A DNA stretch of 64,000 nucleotides from Candidatus Berkelbacteria bacterium. GTDB taxonomy: Bacteria > Patescibacteriota > UBA1384 > 2-12-FULL-50-11. The stretch is taken from NCBI GenBank assembly GCA_016432625.1, contig CP066697.1, forward strand, positions 586,561 through 650,560. Direction: 5' to 3'. The position numbers were made by a program, and so were the translations under genes. Below, piece by piece: positions 13,383-22,490 of this stretch. The stretch's first letter is position 1. Each line of letters begins with the position of its first letter. The notes under the pieces were generated by a model. That model saw only the letters and a list, made by a program, of their open reading frames with translations, was not told the DNA's origin and did no database searches.

Positions 13383-14357
13383 CTAGTCAGTGAAGTTCTG
13401 GGTGAACATTTTGCCGTAAATGCCGGCATCAATTATGCCGATGCCGATGGTGCCAAAATCTACTTCGAGGATGTTCGCACGATGACCCGGTGAACGCATC
13501 AACCCGTTATGTGCCAGATCAACTGTCGCCGCGTAGGCCAAGTTCTCGCCGGCTGTCTTGAAGACAATGCTATCCCGTTCCATGCGGTCAAATGGCGACA
13601 TTCCTTCAAGGTTTTCGTGAGAGAAGTACCCCTTCTCTAACATGTCGCTGGCGTGTTTACGAGCGGTCTCGGCCACCTTTTCACTCCACACTAGCTGCTT
13701 CAGGCCGACTTTAGCTCTCTCCTTATTAACCAGCACGAACATCTCCTGTTCGGCTTGTTTATCAACTGTGCCCTCTGAGTAGGTGAATTTTAATGTCACC
13801 CGTTCATCCGGCTGGATGATCTCCTCGGTTTGTGGCGGTACTGTCAGGAATGTCAGAGTATTTTTAATATCGCGACCGGTTATTTTGCTCAGATATTGCT
13901 GGATATTGCCGGATTGCGAGACAAAACGACTGCCAATCGCCGAGGTGTCAATGGCGGATTTTAATTTCGCCGGCACCGGCAAGGCGACGACAAGCGTTAG
14001 TAAGACCGAGATGAAAATAAACGCTTTGAATAGCGCTGGGACGGTACCGGCCAGGCGATTCGGAGCTGTGGCGCGGTATTTCTCTGGAATAAGCGGGTAA
14101 AGAACCTGCAGAATGAATGAGTAGACAACCTGATATATGACCCAGAGTAGTAGGAAGGCGATCGGCTGGGCACCAAACCCTTCGATACCAGTGTTATTCG
14201 TTAGCCAGACAGCAAACGGCTTATAGCTTATAAACGCAAAGAAGATGGTGATAAAAAAGCCGAGTAGCTCTAGCGTCTGTTCGATGAAGCCGCGCCGTAA
14301 CCCTTCGACTGTGTAGAAGACAAAAACACCAAGAATAACTAAGTCTACCCAGTTCAT
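13383..14357 (-). CDS. CvpA-family membrane protein fused to a C-terminal CAP/SCP (PR-1-like) domain
   Basis: N-terminal MNWVDLVILGVFVFYTVEGLRRGF CvpA-like TM region; C-terminal YFSHENLEG...MRSPGHRANILEVDFGTIGIGI CAP-domain signature. Confidence 0.7.
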   Translation of the reverse strand: MNWVDLVILGVFVFYTVEGLRRGFIEQTLELLGFFITIFFAFISYKPFAVWLTNNTGIEGFGAQPIAFLLLWVIYQVVYSFILQVLYPLIPEKYRATAPNRLAGTVPALFKAFIFISVLLTLVVALPVPAKLKSAIDTSAIGSRFVSQSGNIQQYLSKITGRDIKNTLTFLTVPPQTEEIIQPDERVTLKFTYSEGTVDKQAEQEMFVLVNKERAKVGLKQLVWSEKVAETARKHASDMLEKGYFSHENLEGMSPFDRMERDSIVFKTAGENLAYAATVDLAHNGLMRSPGHRANILEVDFGTIGIGIIDAGIYGKMFTQNFTD

Positions 14358-15130
14358 CCTATATTAAATAATTGTTGCGCGTTCTTCGTTGTCTGTTCAA
14401 GAACGCTTTCCAGACTGACTGAACGGACTGCGGAGAGCGTTTCCGCGACAGTAACCACGTTCCTCGGATCATTCCGTTTGCCACGGCTCTCCTGCGGGCT
14501 AAGAAATGGCGCGTCAGTCTCGAGCATTAATTTTTCTAGCGGAATTTTTGACACCGTTTGTCGTAATTCATCGTTACCTGGGTAAGTGATAATCGCCGTC
14601 AGTGACAGTGACAGGCCCTGATCCAGAAACGCCTGCGCTTGCTCGAGCGTCCCGCTGAAACAGTGGATCACCGCGGTTAACCCTGGGTAGTCGTCAATAA
14701 TTGTCTTCAGATCGCCATAAGCGTCGCGGCAGTGAAAGATTACTGGCAGCTTTTGCTCCAGCGCGAAAGTCAGCATGGTTCGTAGCGCTGTTTTCTGAGT
14801 CGAAGCACTCTTGGCGCCGTGATAGTAATCAAGCCCTATCTCCCCAACAGCAACCAGCTTATCGTTAAGGTTAAATAGCTCTCGCCACCCATCAATAAGT
14901 CCAGGCAGCTGCGGGAGTAGCTCTTCAGTAATTTCAGTAGGGTGCAGCCCTAGCGCTCCCCAGACCATAGGGTTATCGCGGCTCAGTTTATCGATTTTTG
15001 CGATCGAATCTCTGTCGGTTGCCGGGTTGATCACCGCAATCTCTTGAGCGGCAAGCTCTTCGATGAGGCCATCCCGGTCCGGATCAAAATCCGGAAAATC
15101 GAGATGGGCGTGAGTGTCAATTACTCTCAT
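14354..15130 (-). CDS. tatD: TatD-family metal-dependent DNase/hydrolase
   Basis: MRVIDTHAHLDFPDFD N-terminal motif. Confidence 0.85.
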   Translation of the reverse strand: MRVIDTHAHLDFPDFDPDRDGLIEELAAQEIAVINPATDRDSIAKIDKLSRDNPMVWGALGLHPTEITEELLPQLPGLIDGWRELFNLNDKLVAVGEIGLDYYHGAKSASTQKTALRTMLTFALEQKLPVIFHCRDAYGDLKTIIDDYPGLTAVIHCFSGTLEQAQAFLDQGLSLSLTAIITYPGNDELRQTVSKIPLEKLMLETDAPFLSPQESRGKRNDPRNVVTVAETLSAVRSVSLESVLEQTTKNAQQLFNIG

Positions 15131-15976
15131 TTAGTTAAACGCTAGAACCGTTGCCCAACTTACGGCGCCAAGAATAACAAGCGAGGCAATCACCACCCTA
15201 ACACGAATCCGTTCATGGAGAATCTCCCAAGAGCCGAAGAAAACTACCAACGGTGAAATAATGGCGATCAGGGTTGCGTGGATGACCCCAATAGTACTGA
15301 AAGCGTAAAGCCGGGTGAGCATCGATACTGCACCGAATAAAGCGCTGGATGCGATAAACCACCAGTGTTTATTAGTAACCTGTTTATAGCGAGGGGCGTA
15401 ATAGAGCCAGAAGAAAACGGCTAGGATTAAGGTTCTGACAGCGTAGAGCGCCACAGGGGAGTAAGAGTAAAGAAGCTCGCGAAAGATAATACTTTCGGCA
15501 GACATAAGTATCACTCCGAGAAATAAATTATAGCCTTGCTGATCTAATAAAAAGTGAGCTTTCTCGCTACGAGCAAAAAACAACGCCACGCTTGCCACCA
15601 AGGCGAGCATAAAGATTCGCATGTCCCGTTCCTCAGGGAAGAATACGGCCGCTAAGATAATGGTCACCAGCGGCGCTAGCATCGTAATCATCTCGTGCTC
15701 GTAAATTCGTTCTTTTTGCACGCTCTGGTAGAAGAGAACGTTCCAGGAGATGCCCAAGACGATCATCATAAATAAAAGAAAGAGCGAGTTCGGTAGCAGG
15801 GCGATTGCCCACTCAACGCGGCCAAGTGTCGGAACGAGTAAAAGCGTGAACGCAAAAAGGAACACGAAAACTAGCGGCAGATAGACCCGAAGCGCCATTC
15901 GCTCACGGGAAAGTGTGATCTTGTCAATAATTAGGGATACAGACGCAGCAAGCGCCGAAACTAGTGCTGCAAACAT
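15131..15976 (-). CDS. multi-pass membrane protein, probably EamA/DMT-family permease
   Basis: About 10 predicted TM helices with two-repeat organisation; no catalytic motif. Confidence 0.45.
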   Translation of the reverse strand: MFAALVSALAASVSLIIDKITLSRERMALRVYLPLVFVFLFAFTLLLVPTLGRVEWAIALLPNSLFLLFMMIVLGISWNVLFYQSVQKERIYEHEMITMLAPLVTIILAAVFFPEERDMRIFMLALVASVALFFARSEKAHFLLDQQGYNLFLGVILMSAESIIFRELLYSYSPVALYAVRTLILAVFFWLYYAPRYKQVTNKHWWFIASSALFGAVSMLTRLYAFSTIGVIHATLIAIISPLVVFFGSWEILHERIRVRVVIASLVILGAVSWATVLAFN

Positions 15977-16013
15977 ACTTACATAGTGCGGTCTGCTAAG
16001 GGCTTTTGCAACG

Positions 16014-17387
16014 TCAATTCAGGCGCGGGAAAAGTGGTTTCACTTCAAGTTCTTGAAGCTGTATCCTTATCTTGTCACAAGTAGCCGGAACGAATGGCTC
16101 AAGAGTGCGGGTAATAATTAATAAATTATGGATCGCCACTTCAAGTAGATGTCGCTTGCCTTTCAGATCGACCCAAAGCTTATTATCCGTGATAAGCCGA
16201 TCAGTTTCTTTAATAAGACCGTTAACTCGCTCGAGTTCCTCTCTGAAATCTAAGTCACCAGTCTGATCAAGACGCGTGGCTTGCGAATCTGTTTTTAAGC
16301 CAAAATTGCGCGCTAAGCCGACAACTCGCGCTACCAAGTTGCCCAACCCATTAGCAAGCTCGCCGTTGTAGATCGCGTCGAACTCGCTCCAGACAAAATT
16401 GGAATCGTCATAGAAGTTTAGTTGACGCAGTAGTAAATACCGCGTTCCGTCCACCCCGTAACGCTCAAGTAGCTGTGAAGGTAAAACGACGTTTCCAAGT
16501 GATTTGGACATCTTTTTGCCGTCGACATTAATAAACCCATGGACTAACAACTTTTTTGGGAGCTCATAGCCCGTCACAATTAGCAGGGCCGGCCAGATGA
16601 TGGCATGAAACTTCAGAATATCTTTGCCGACAAGCTGGAAGTCCGCCGGCCAAAGCTTGTCTTTACCATTGATATGCAGCGCCGAAATATAGTTAAAGAG
16701 GGCGTCAACCCAGACGTACATAACCTGTTCAGGTTCGCCTGGAACTTCAATTCCCCAAGGATTTTTTGCTTTCGGCCTTGAGACACTAACGGCGTCGTAG
16801 GCGCCGGAACTTAGTACGTTGAGCACTTCGCTTCGTCTCGTCCCGGGGAAAACACTGGCCTCAATCCAGTTTTTGATTCGTTGCTTTATTTCATCGCTAA
16901 GAATTAAGAACCAGTTCTCCTCTTCCACCTCTTCAAGTGCTGTCTCGTGAATGGCGCACTTACCATTATTGACGTCTGCGGCTGTCTTGAAAGCCTCGCA
17001 ACCAGTGCAATAGAGCCCTTTGTAGGTTCGTTTTTCCAGTACTCCGGCTTTTTGCAATTGCAGCCATTTCTCGGTCACAAATGCTTGGTGTTTTGGATTT
17101 GTGGTACGAACGAAGTAGTCAAAATCTAGGTTGAATTGCCTTTTAAGTTTGGCGAATTCTTCTGAAACATCGTCAGCGTATTGCTGCGGCTCTTGTTTCT
17201 TATCGCGAGCGGCGGCGGCGACCTTATTGCCATGCTCGTCAGTCCCAGTAACGAAAAAAACTTCCTCGCCTTTGAGTTTAGCGTAACGAGCAATCACGTC
17301 AGCGCTTAAGAGCTCGAACAGGAAACCGATATGCGGCGACGCATTTATGTAAGCGATTGAGGTTGTTATATAGGTTGGCTTTTTCAC
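16014..17387 (-). CDS. metG: methionyl-tRNA synthetase (short form, GTG start)
   Basis: HIGH-region PHIGFLFELL, KMSKS ([11 protein letters not shown]), CxxC zinc knuckle; GTG start with TATAAT 8 nt upstream. Confidence 0.9.
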   Translation of the reverse strand: MKKPTYITTSIAYINASPHIGFLFELLSADVIARYAKLKGEEVFFVTGTDEHGNKVAAAARDKKQEPQQYADDVSEEFAKLKRQFNLDFDYFVRTTNPKHQAFVTEKWLQLQKAGVLEKRTYKGLYCTGCEAFKTAADVNNGKCAIHETALEEVEEENWFLILSDEIKQRIKNWIEASVFPGTRRSEVLNVLSSGAYDAVSVSRPKAKNPWGIEVPGEPEQVMYVWVDALFNYISALHINGKDKLWPADFQLVGKDILKFHAIIWPALLIVTGYELPKKLLVHGFINVDGKKMSKSLGNVVLPSQLLERYGVDGTRYLLLRQLNFYDDSNFVWSEFDAIYNGELANGLGNLVARVVGLARNFGLKTDSQATRLDQTGDLDFREELERVNGLIKETDRLITDNKLWVDLKGKRHLLEVAIHNLLIITRTLEPFVPATCDKIRIQLQELEVKPLFPRLN

Positions 17388-17539
17388 GACTGTATTATAC
17401 CTGAAGGGTAGGGCGTTAAGAGGCCGCCCTGAAGAGCAGTTAGGGCGGCCCCGGACCGTTTTGGCCCCGTAGCGCAGGGCCAGACAAAAGATGTTGTTAG
17501 CTTAAAGCTACGCCTAGGCAATGCGCAGAGTCAACTAAC

Positions 17540-18199
17540 TCACAGTTTAACGATGACAAACTCGCCTTTAGGGGTAGCGAAATGGGTTGATAGTTCTTCC
17601 GGTGTCCCGCTGGCTATCTCTTCGAATTGCTTGGTCAGTTCCCTACCGACTAAAAACCACTGCGAACCGCCACCCAATTCCTTAACCTGAGTAAAAAACT
17701 TCTGCAAACGCGGCGCCGTCTCGAAAAAGACCACTGGGAGCTTGGCAACAAGCAACTCTTTAATGAAAGTCTCGCGGCCCTTCTTGGTAGGAACATAGCC
17801 CCAAAACTGATAGGCGTTCGCGTAGATACCCGCCACTGACAAGATGGCTGTCACTGATGAGGCGCCTGGGATAGGTACTACCTCGACGGCGGCTTGGCGG
17901 GCGGCCGCAACTAATTTACCCGCCGGGTCTGCTATCCCTGGTGTTCCGGCGTCGCTTAGATAAGCAAGATTCTTGCCCGCCTTAAGCTCTTTTACTATCG
18001 AGGGAATTTTGTAATCGGAGTGGTGGTGGTAACTTTCAAGGGGTTTGACGATGTGATAATGCTCCAAGAGGATTTTTGTTCGCCTGGTGTCTTCGCAGTA
18101 GATTTTCTCGACAGTTTGAAGCGTTTCTACGGCTCGGAAAGTAATGTCCTTCAAGTTCCCAATTGGTGAAGAAACGATATATAGCATTTTATTTACCAA
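17540..18199 (-). CDS. rsmI: 16S rRNA (cytidine1402-2'-O)-methyltransferase
   Basis: MLYIVSSPIGNLKDITFRAVETL tetrapyrrole-methylase-fold N-terminus. Confidence 0.85.
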   Translation of the reverse strand: MVNKMLYIVSSPIGNLKDITFRAVETLQTVEKIYCEDTRRTKILLEHYHIVKPLESYHHHSDYKIPSIVKELKAGKNLAYLSDAGTPGIADPAGKLVAAARQAAVEVVPIPGASSVTAILSVAGIYANAYQFWGYVPTKKGRETFIKELLVAKLPVVFFETAPRLQKFFTQVKELGGGSQWFLVGRELTKQFEEIASGTPEELSTHFATPKGEFVIVKL

Positions 18200-18989
18200 T
18201 CTTTTTAGTTAAGGCCTGCCAGTGCTCAAAGGACAACTCTTGCGCCCTAGCGAGCGGCGATAAGCCCTGACCTTCAAGGAAACTAGCAACCTTTAGTTTT
18301 GGAGTTTTGAGGTCTTTATTCAGGGCGTTGGCCAGGGTTTGGCGCTTATGACGAAAACCAGCCTCCACTGCCGGCCAGAAAATTAGATCCATTTTGCTTT
18401 CCTCATAGGGCTCAAGCTTAATAACTGACGAAGTTACCCTTGGGCGTGGGTAGAAACTACCAGCCGGAACCTTTCTGACGATCGTCGCCTTGGCAGATGC
18501 TTCGGTTAAAATCGTCAAAAATCCACGGTCGGACTTTCCCTCCTGGGCAGTAATACGCTCCGCCAGCTCTTTTTGCACCAATAAGACCACGAGTTCGGGC
18601 TTTTTCTCGAGAAGAAAGATTTTTCGCAGCAACGGCGAAGTAATTGAATACGGAATGTTGGCGACGATTTTATACGCGCCTTCCAGGTCGATTGTCCAGT
18701 CAATTTTTAGCGCGTCGCCAGCTACCACCGTCAGTTTACGAGCCTTTTTGAGTCGCAGGTAATGAGCGAACTCATGGTCAGCCTCAATCGCAATTACTCG
18801 TTTAACTACCTGGGTGAGCGGCCAGGTTAGGCTGCCCAACCCTGGGCCAATTTCGACCACAACGTCGTCGCCGCCAAGCTCCGCGGCGTCGAGAATGTCG
18901 ACAATAGCCGCGTTATCAACCAAGAAGTTCTGTCCTAGAAGTTTGTTCGGAAACTTTTTTAGCTCACGTAAGATATTAGCTGGGCTCAT
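18189..18989 (-). CDS. rsmA: 16S rRNA (adenine1518/1519-N6)-dimethyltransferase
   Basis: LGQNFLVDNAAIVDIL...VVEIGPGLGSLT. Confidence 0.9.
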   Translation of the reverse strand: MSPANILRELKKFPNKLLGQNFLVDNAAIVDILDAAELGGDDVVVEIGPGLGSLTWPLTQVVKRVIAIEADHEFAHYLRLKKARKLTVVAGDALKIDWTIDLEGAYKIVANIPYSITSPLLRKIFLLEKKPELVVLLVQKELAERITAQEGKSDRGFLTILTEASAKATIVRKVPAGSFYPRPRVTSSVIKLEPYEESKMDLIFWPAVEAGFRHKRQTLANALNKDLKTPKLKVASFLEGQGLSPLARAQELSFEHWQALTKKIGK

Positions 18990-19030
18990 TTGCCGCTAAT
19001 TTTACTCCAATATTGGTTGAAAGTTTAGTC

Positions 19031-19990
19031 TTATGGCCAGCGACCACGGTAACCGTGCGCCCAGGCCCAGGCCGTGACGTACACTTGGTTTTTAGCGTCC
19101 CAGATACTTGCGCCCCCGTAACCTGCCTTGGCCGAGACGGAATTCCAGAAGTTCGGGTCGTATTGATACAGCCCTAAATATTTGCCGCCAGCGCCGACTG
19201 AGCTAGGATTGCCGTTACTCTCCGCCATCATCCGGTTACAGAGCTCGTTAGCGTCAACCTTGTTTTTGATTGCGGCGTCTAGAACCAGGTCGTTATATTT
19301 ACAGCGAACTGTAATAACTGGTTTCGTACCGACGAGCTGTAGCTCATCCTCTGGCTGCTTAACGATTTCAGTGGAAGTGAGAACCCTGGAAACCTCAACC
19401 CCATCCTCGCGCCGCACCTGATAGTGAAGCGCTTTCTGACCCTTCACTCCGGCTCGAGAAACTTTGGTTGTGCCTTTATTTAGCGTTGCGTCGTCCTTCT
19501 TAAAAATCTTGAACGCAATCGCATCTTTCTCGGTGACGTTAGTGATAGCAACGCGGGTAATAGTGATTTTAGTATTTGGACTTAACTTAGTTTCAAGATT
19601 CGGGGCGATTAGATCGTCAGAACCTAGCTCGATATTTTTTTCTTTCAGCAAGGCGCCGACTGTATCTTGCCAAGTTCGCAATAAATCTTGTCGTTTGCCG
19701 TCCTGCAACGATACTGGCATCGCTCGGTTGACGGTTATTACCGTCCCTAGCCCAAGCTCGGGGTCGGGAAAGGCAACAACCTTATCCTCGGGATAGTAAG
19801 CCACTCCGGCCTGGGCGAATGCCTGAGCGAGATTTCGTGCCGAGCTGTTGGCAGAGAATATTTCTTCCGGATGATTATTGTCGTCAGCCGCTTCTACTTT
19901 CTGAGCTTTCGGTGGGTGTTCACCGAAGAAAAGTCCGCCAAGGGCAAGCAAAATAACCGTCGCGATTAGTGGGAAGCCCACTTTTTTCAT
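19031..19990 (-). CDS. secreted RpfB-like protein: DUF348 + G5 + Rpf-type transglycosylase domain
   Basis: Signal peptide; G5-like beta segment (ITITRVAITNVTEKDA...); C-terminal ESNGNPSSVGAGGKYLGLYQYDPNFW...AWAWAHGYRGRWP resembles the Rpf lysozyme-like domain (ESNG..G.Y.G..Q...W). Confidence 0.6.
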   Translation of the reverse strand: MKKVGFPLIATVILLALGGLFFGEHPPKAQKVEAADDNNHPEEIFSANSSARNLAQAFAQAGVAYYPEDKVVAFPDPELGLGTVITVNRAMPVSLQDGKRQDLLRTWQDTVGALLKEKNIELGSDDLIAPNLETKLSPNTKITITRVAITNVTEKDAIAFKIFKKDDATLNKGTTKVSRAGVKGQKALHYQVRREDGVEVSRVLTSTEIVKQPEDELQLVGTKPVITVRCKYNDLVLDAAIKNKVDANELCNRMMAESNGNPSSVGAGGKYLGLYQYDPNFWNSVSAKAGYGGASIWDAKNQVYVTAWAWAHGYRGRWP

Positions 19991-20036
19991 GTGGTTCCTA
20001 CACTAGCTCTCGGCCCCGAAAAGTCAAGCTAGTTAC

Positions 20037-20516
20037 CTAGAACAGTTTATAACGGAAGTTGAAGATAGTGAGCGCCAAAAATACTGTGTCCACCCAAGCC
20101 ATCACTTGCTGCGTTGGCTCTAGGGTTGCGCCGATACACCACAAGACAAGCGGCAGCGCTTGAGGTAAAAGCAGCGGTAAGGTTTTAAGGAAACTCGTCA
20201 GCTGTACCCGTTTTTTCCACTTAGCATAGTACCCTTCCCACCCACCGGCAGGCTCTTTTGAGGCCAAGTATGACGCAACGGCCTCCATAGTCATCTGGTT
20301 GGCCTGGTAATTAAAAGTTAGGCTTGCAAAGATTATGGGCAGCATAAGCAGGAACCAAATAAGCGTTGAGCTTGAGCTGAATTCGTAGAGGAAAAATCCG
20401 GCGATAACAAACGCTGCCGCAAGACAGGTCGCGGAGTTGATGAGCGAGTGTAGCCCTTTGACGCGTTCTGAGATTTCTTGTCTTAAGTTGGTAAATTCGG
20501 CCGTTTCCTTGTCCAT
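20037..20516 (-). CDS. hypothetical membrane protein (159 aa)
   Basis: Four predicted TM helices; no motif. Confidence 0.35.
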   Translation of the reverse strand: MDKETAEFTNLRQEISERVKGLHSLINSATCLAAAFVIAGFFLYEFSSSSTLIWFLLMLPIIFASLTFNYQANQMTMEAVASYLASKEPAGGWEGYYAKWKKRVQLTSFLKTLPLLLPQALPLVLWCIGATLEPTQQVMAWVDTVFLALTIFNFRYKLF

Positions 20517-20612
20517 ACCGGGCTAATAATAGCACTTTGAACCCGTAGAGTCTCCTGCTTCGGCGAGTTGCCTAATGTAGCCCTCCCTCGGACAACCCCA
20601 AGAAATTCGGGA

Positions 20613-22490
20613 CTAGATCATGTCTAAGAGATTCTGATCAATTTCCCGGATGAACCGGCTGGGGATAGTATTTGTCAGGCCGCCGTGAATAACCCTCTGG
20701 CGAGCAAGGGTTAAATAGAGGCGCTTACGAGCTCGTGTCATCGCTACGTAGCAAAGCCGCCGCTCCTCATCCATCTCCGCCTCCTCCTCTAGGGCGCGCA
20801 TGTGTGGGAAAAGACCTTCCTCGCAACCTGCCAAGAAAACTACTGTGAATTCTAATCCCTTAGAGGCGTGCATACTCATCAGCGTCACGGCATCGGCTCG
20901 AGCATCATAATTATCCACGTCGCTTATCAACGTGACGTGCTCCATAAATTCGTCTAGACTCTCAAACTCACTGGCAAGGTTCACTAGTTCCTCGACGTTC
21001 TCGACCCTGCCCTCGCCTTCAGGCGTACCGTCATCGACAAAAGATTTGTAACGGCTAAAGGCCAAAACTTTTTCAAGAATCTCTACTGGCGTCAAGCTCG
21101 CTGCCTGAGTACGGATCTGCTCCATATCGTCTTTGAACTTATCAACTTTCTCCCCACCTTTCTCCAGGGTTTTTGGGCCGATACCACGCGGCGGGGTGTT
21201 TATCGCTCTCTCAAACGAGTGTGTATCGCCGGGATTGGCAAGATACCTTAAGTACGAGAGCAGATCCTTCACTTCTTTACGTTCATAGAAGCGCAACGCG
21301 CCCACTAGTCGATACGGTACGCCCTGGCTTAAAAATATTTCTTCTAGGATACGAGACTGAGCGTTAGTGCGATAAAGTACAGCAAAGTCGTTCCAGTTAT
21401 GGCCGTAGCCTTTTAGGCCCCGTATCTCTGTCGCCACAAACTCCGCTTCGGCATAGGCGTTACTCGCTTCATAAACCGAGATCGGTGGGCCTTCTTCATT
21501 GTCAGTCCAAAGCTTCTTTTCGCTCCGCCTTTTGATCCGCTCTACGACCTGCGCGGCGCCAAGGATGATATTTTTGGTCGAACGATAGTTCTGCTCAAGT
21601 TTATAGACCTTGGAAGCTGGGAAATCCCGGTTGAAGTTAAGGATGTTTTGGAAATTAGCCCCCCGCCAGCCGTAAATAGACTGGTAGTCATCACCAACAA
21701 CGCAAAGGTTCTGCGATTTTGGGTTGGTTAGCAGGGCGGTCAGCCGGTACTGGGCGTGGTTTGTGTCTTGATACTCATCGACCATGACGTATTTGAATTG
21801 TTGGTGATATTTAGCCCTTACTTCAGGGAACTGCTCGAGTAGTTTGACAGTTGCCATAATAAGGTCGTCGAAATCGAGCGCCGAGAGCTCAACTAGTCGA
21901 CGCTGGTACTTTCGATAAACCTCAAGCGCAACTTGTTGAAAATATCCTTGAACGTATTTCGAGTAGTCCTCAGGACTAAGCAGCTCGTTCTTAGCTCCAG
22001 AGATTACCGACCGCACCGCGTTAGGGCTAATTTGCTTCGGATCGTAGCCAAGATTGCGGATGATACCTCGCGTTAGCGTCAATGAATCATCGGAGTCGAA
22101 AATCGTAAACGATTTTGGTAAGCCCAGCTGCTCGTGCTCTGCTCGTAAAATGCGGACACAAATTGAGTGAAAGGTGCCAACCCACGGTAAATAACGACGA
22201 GTGAATAAGTTGGGGTTGCGCTGGAAATCTTGTAACGACAATCCTAAAATATTGACAATCCTGCCCGCGAGCTCCTGCGCCGCCTTATTCGTAAACGTGA
22301 TAGCTAAAATCTCATTAGTCTCGGCTTTGCCTTCGGCAACGATGTATGCCAGCCGGTGCGTCAGGCACTTGGTCTTTCCCGAACCTGCGCCGGCAAGAAT
22401 TAATACCGGACCGTCAGTCGCAAGGACCGCCTCTTTTTGAGCCAGGTTTAGACCTCCAAGAACAGCCTCAGAAACTGGGGAGCCGGGCAT
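20613..22490 (-). CDS. pcrA: UvrD/PcrA-family ATP-dependent DNA helicase
   Basis: Walker A LILAGAGSGKTKCLTHRLAYIV, SF1 motifs throughout, 625 aa. Confidence 0.9.
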   Translation of the reverse strand: MPGSPVSEAVLGGLNLAQKEAVLATDGPVLILAGAGSGKTKCLTHRLAYIVAEGKAETNEILAITFTNKAAQELAGRIVNILGLSLQDFQRNPNLFTRRYLPWVGTFHSICVRILRAEHEQLGLPKSFTIFDSDDSLTLTRGIIRNLGYDPKQISPNAVRSVISGAKNELLSPEDYSKYVQGYFQQVALEVYRKYQRRLVELSALDFDDLIMATVKLLEQFPEVRAKYHQQFKYVMVDEYQDTNHAQYRLTALLTNPKSQNLCVVGDDYQSIYGWRGANFQNILNFNRDFPASKVYKLEQNYRSTKNIILGAAQVVERIKRRSEKKLWTDNEEGPPISVYEASNAYAEAEFVATEIRGLKGYGHNWNDFAVLYRTNAQSRILEEIFLSQGVPYRLVGALRFYERKEVKDLLSYLRYLANPGDTHSFERAINTPPRGIGPKTLEKGGEKVDKFKDDMEQIRTQAASLTPVEILEKVLAFSRYKSFVDDGTPEGEGRVENVEELVNLASEFESLDEFMEHVTLISDVDNYDARADAVTLMSMHASKGLEFTVVFLAGCEEGLFPHMRALEEEAEMDEERRLCYVAMTRARKRLYLTLARQRVIHGGLTNTIPSRFIREIDQNLLDMI

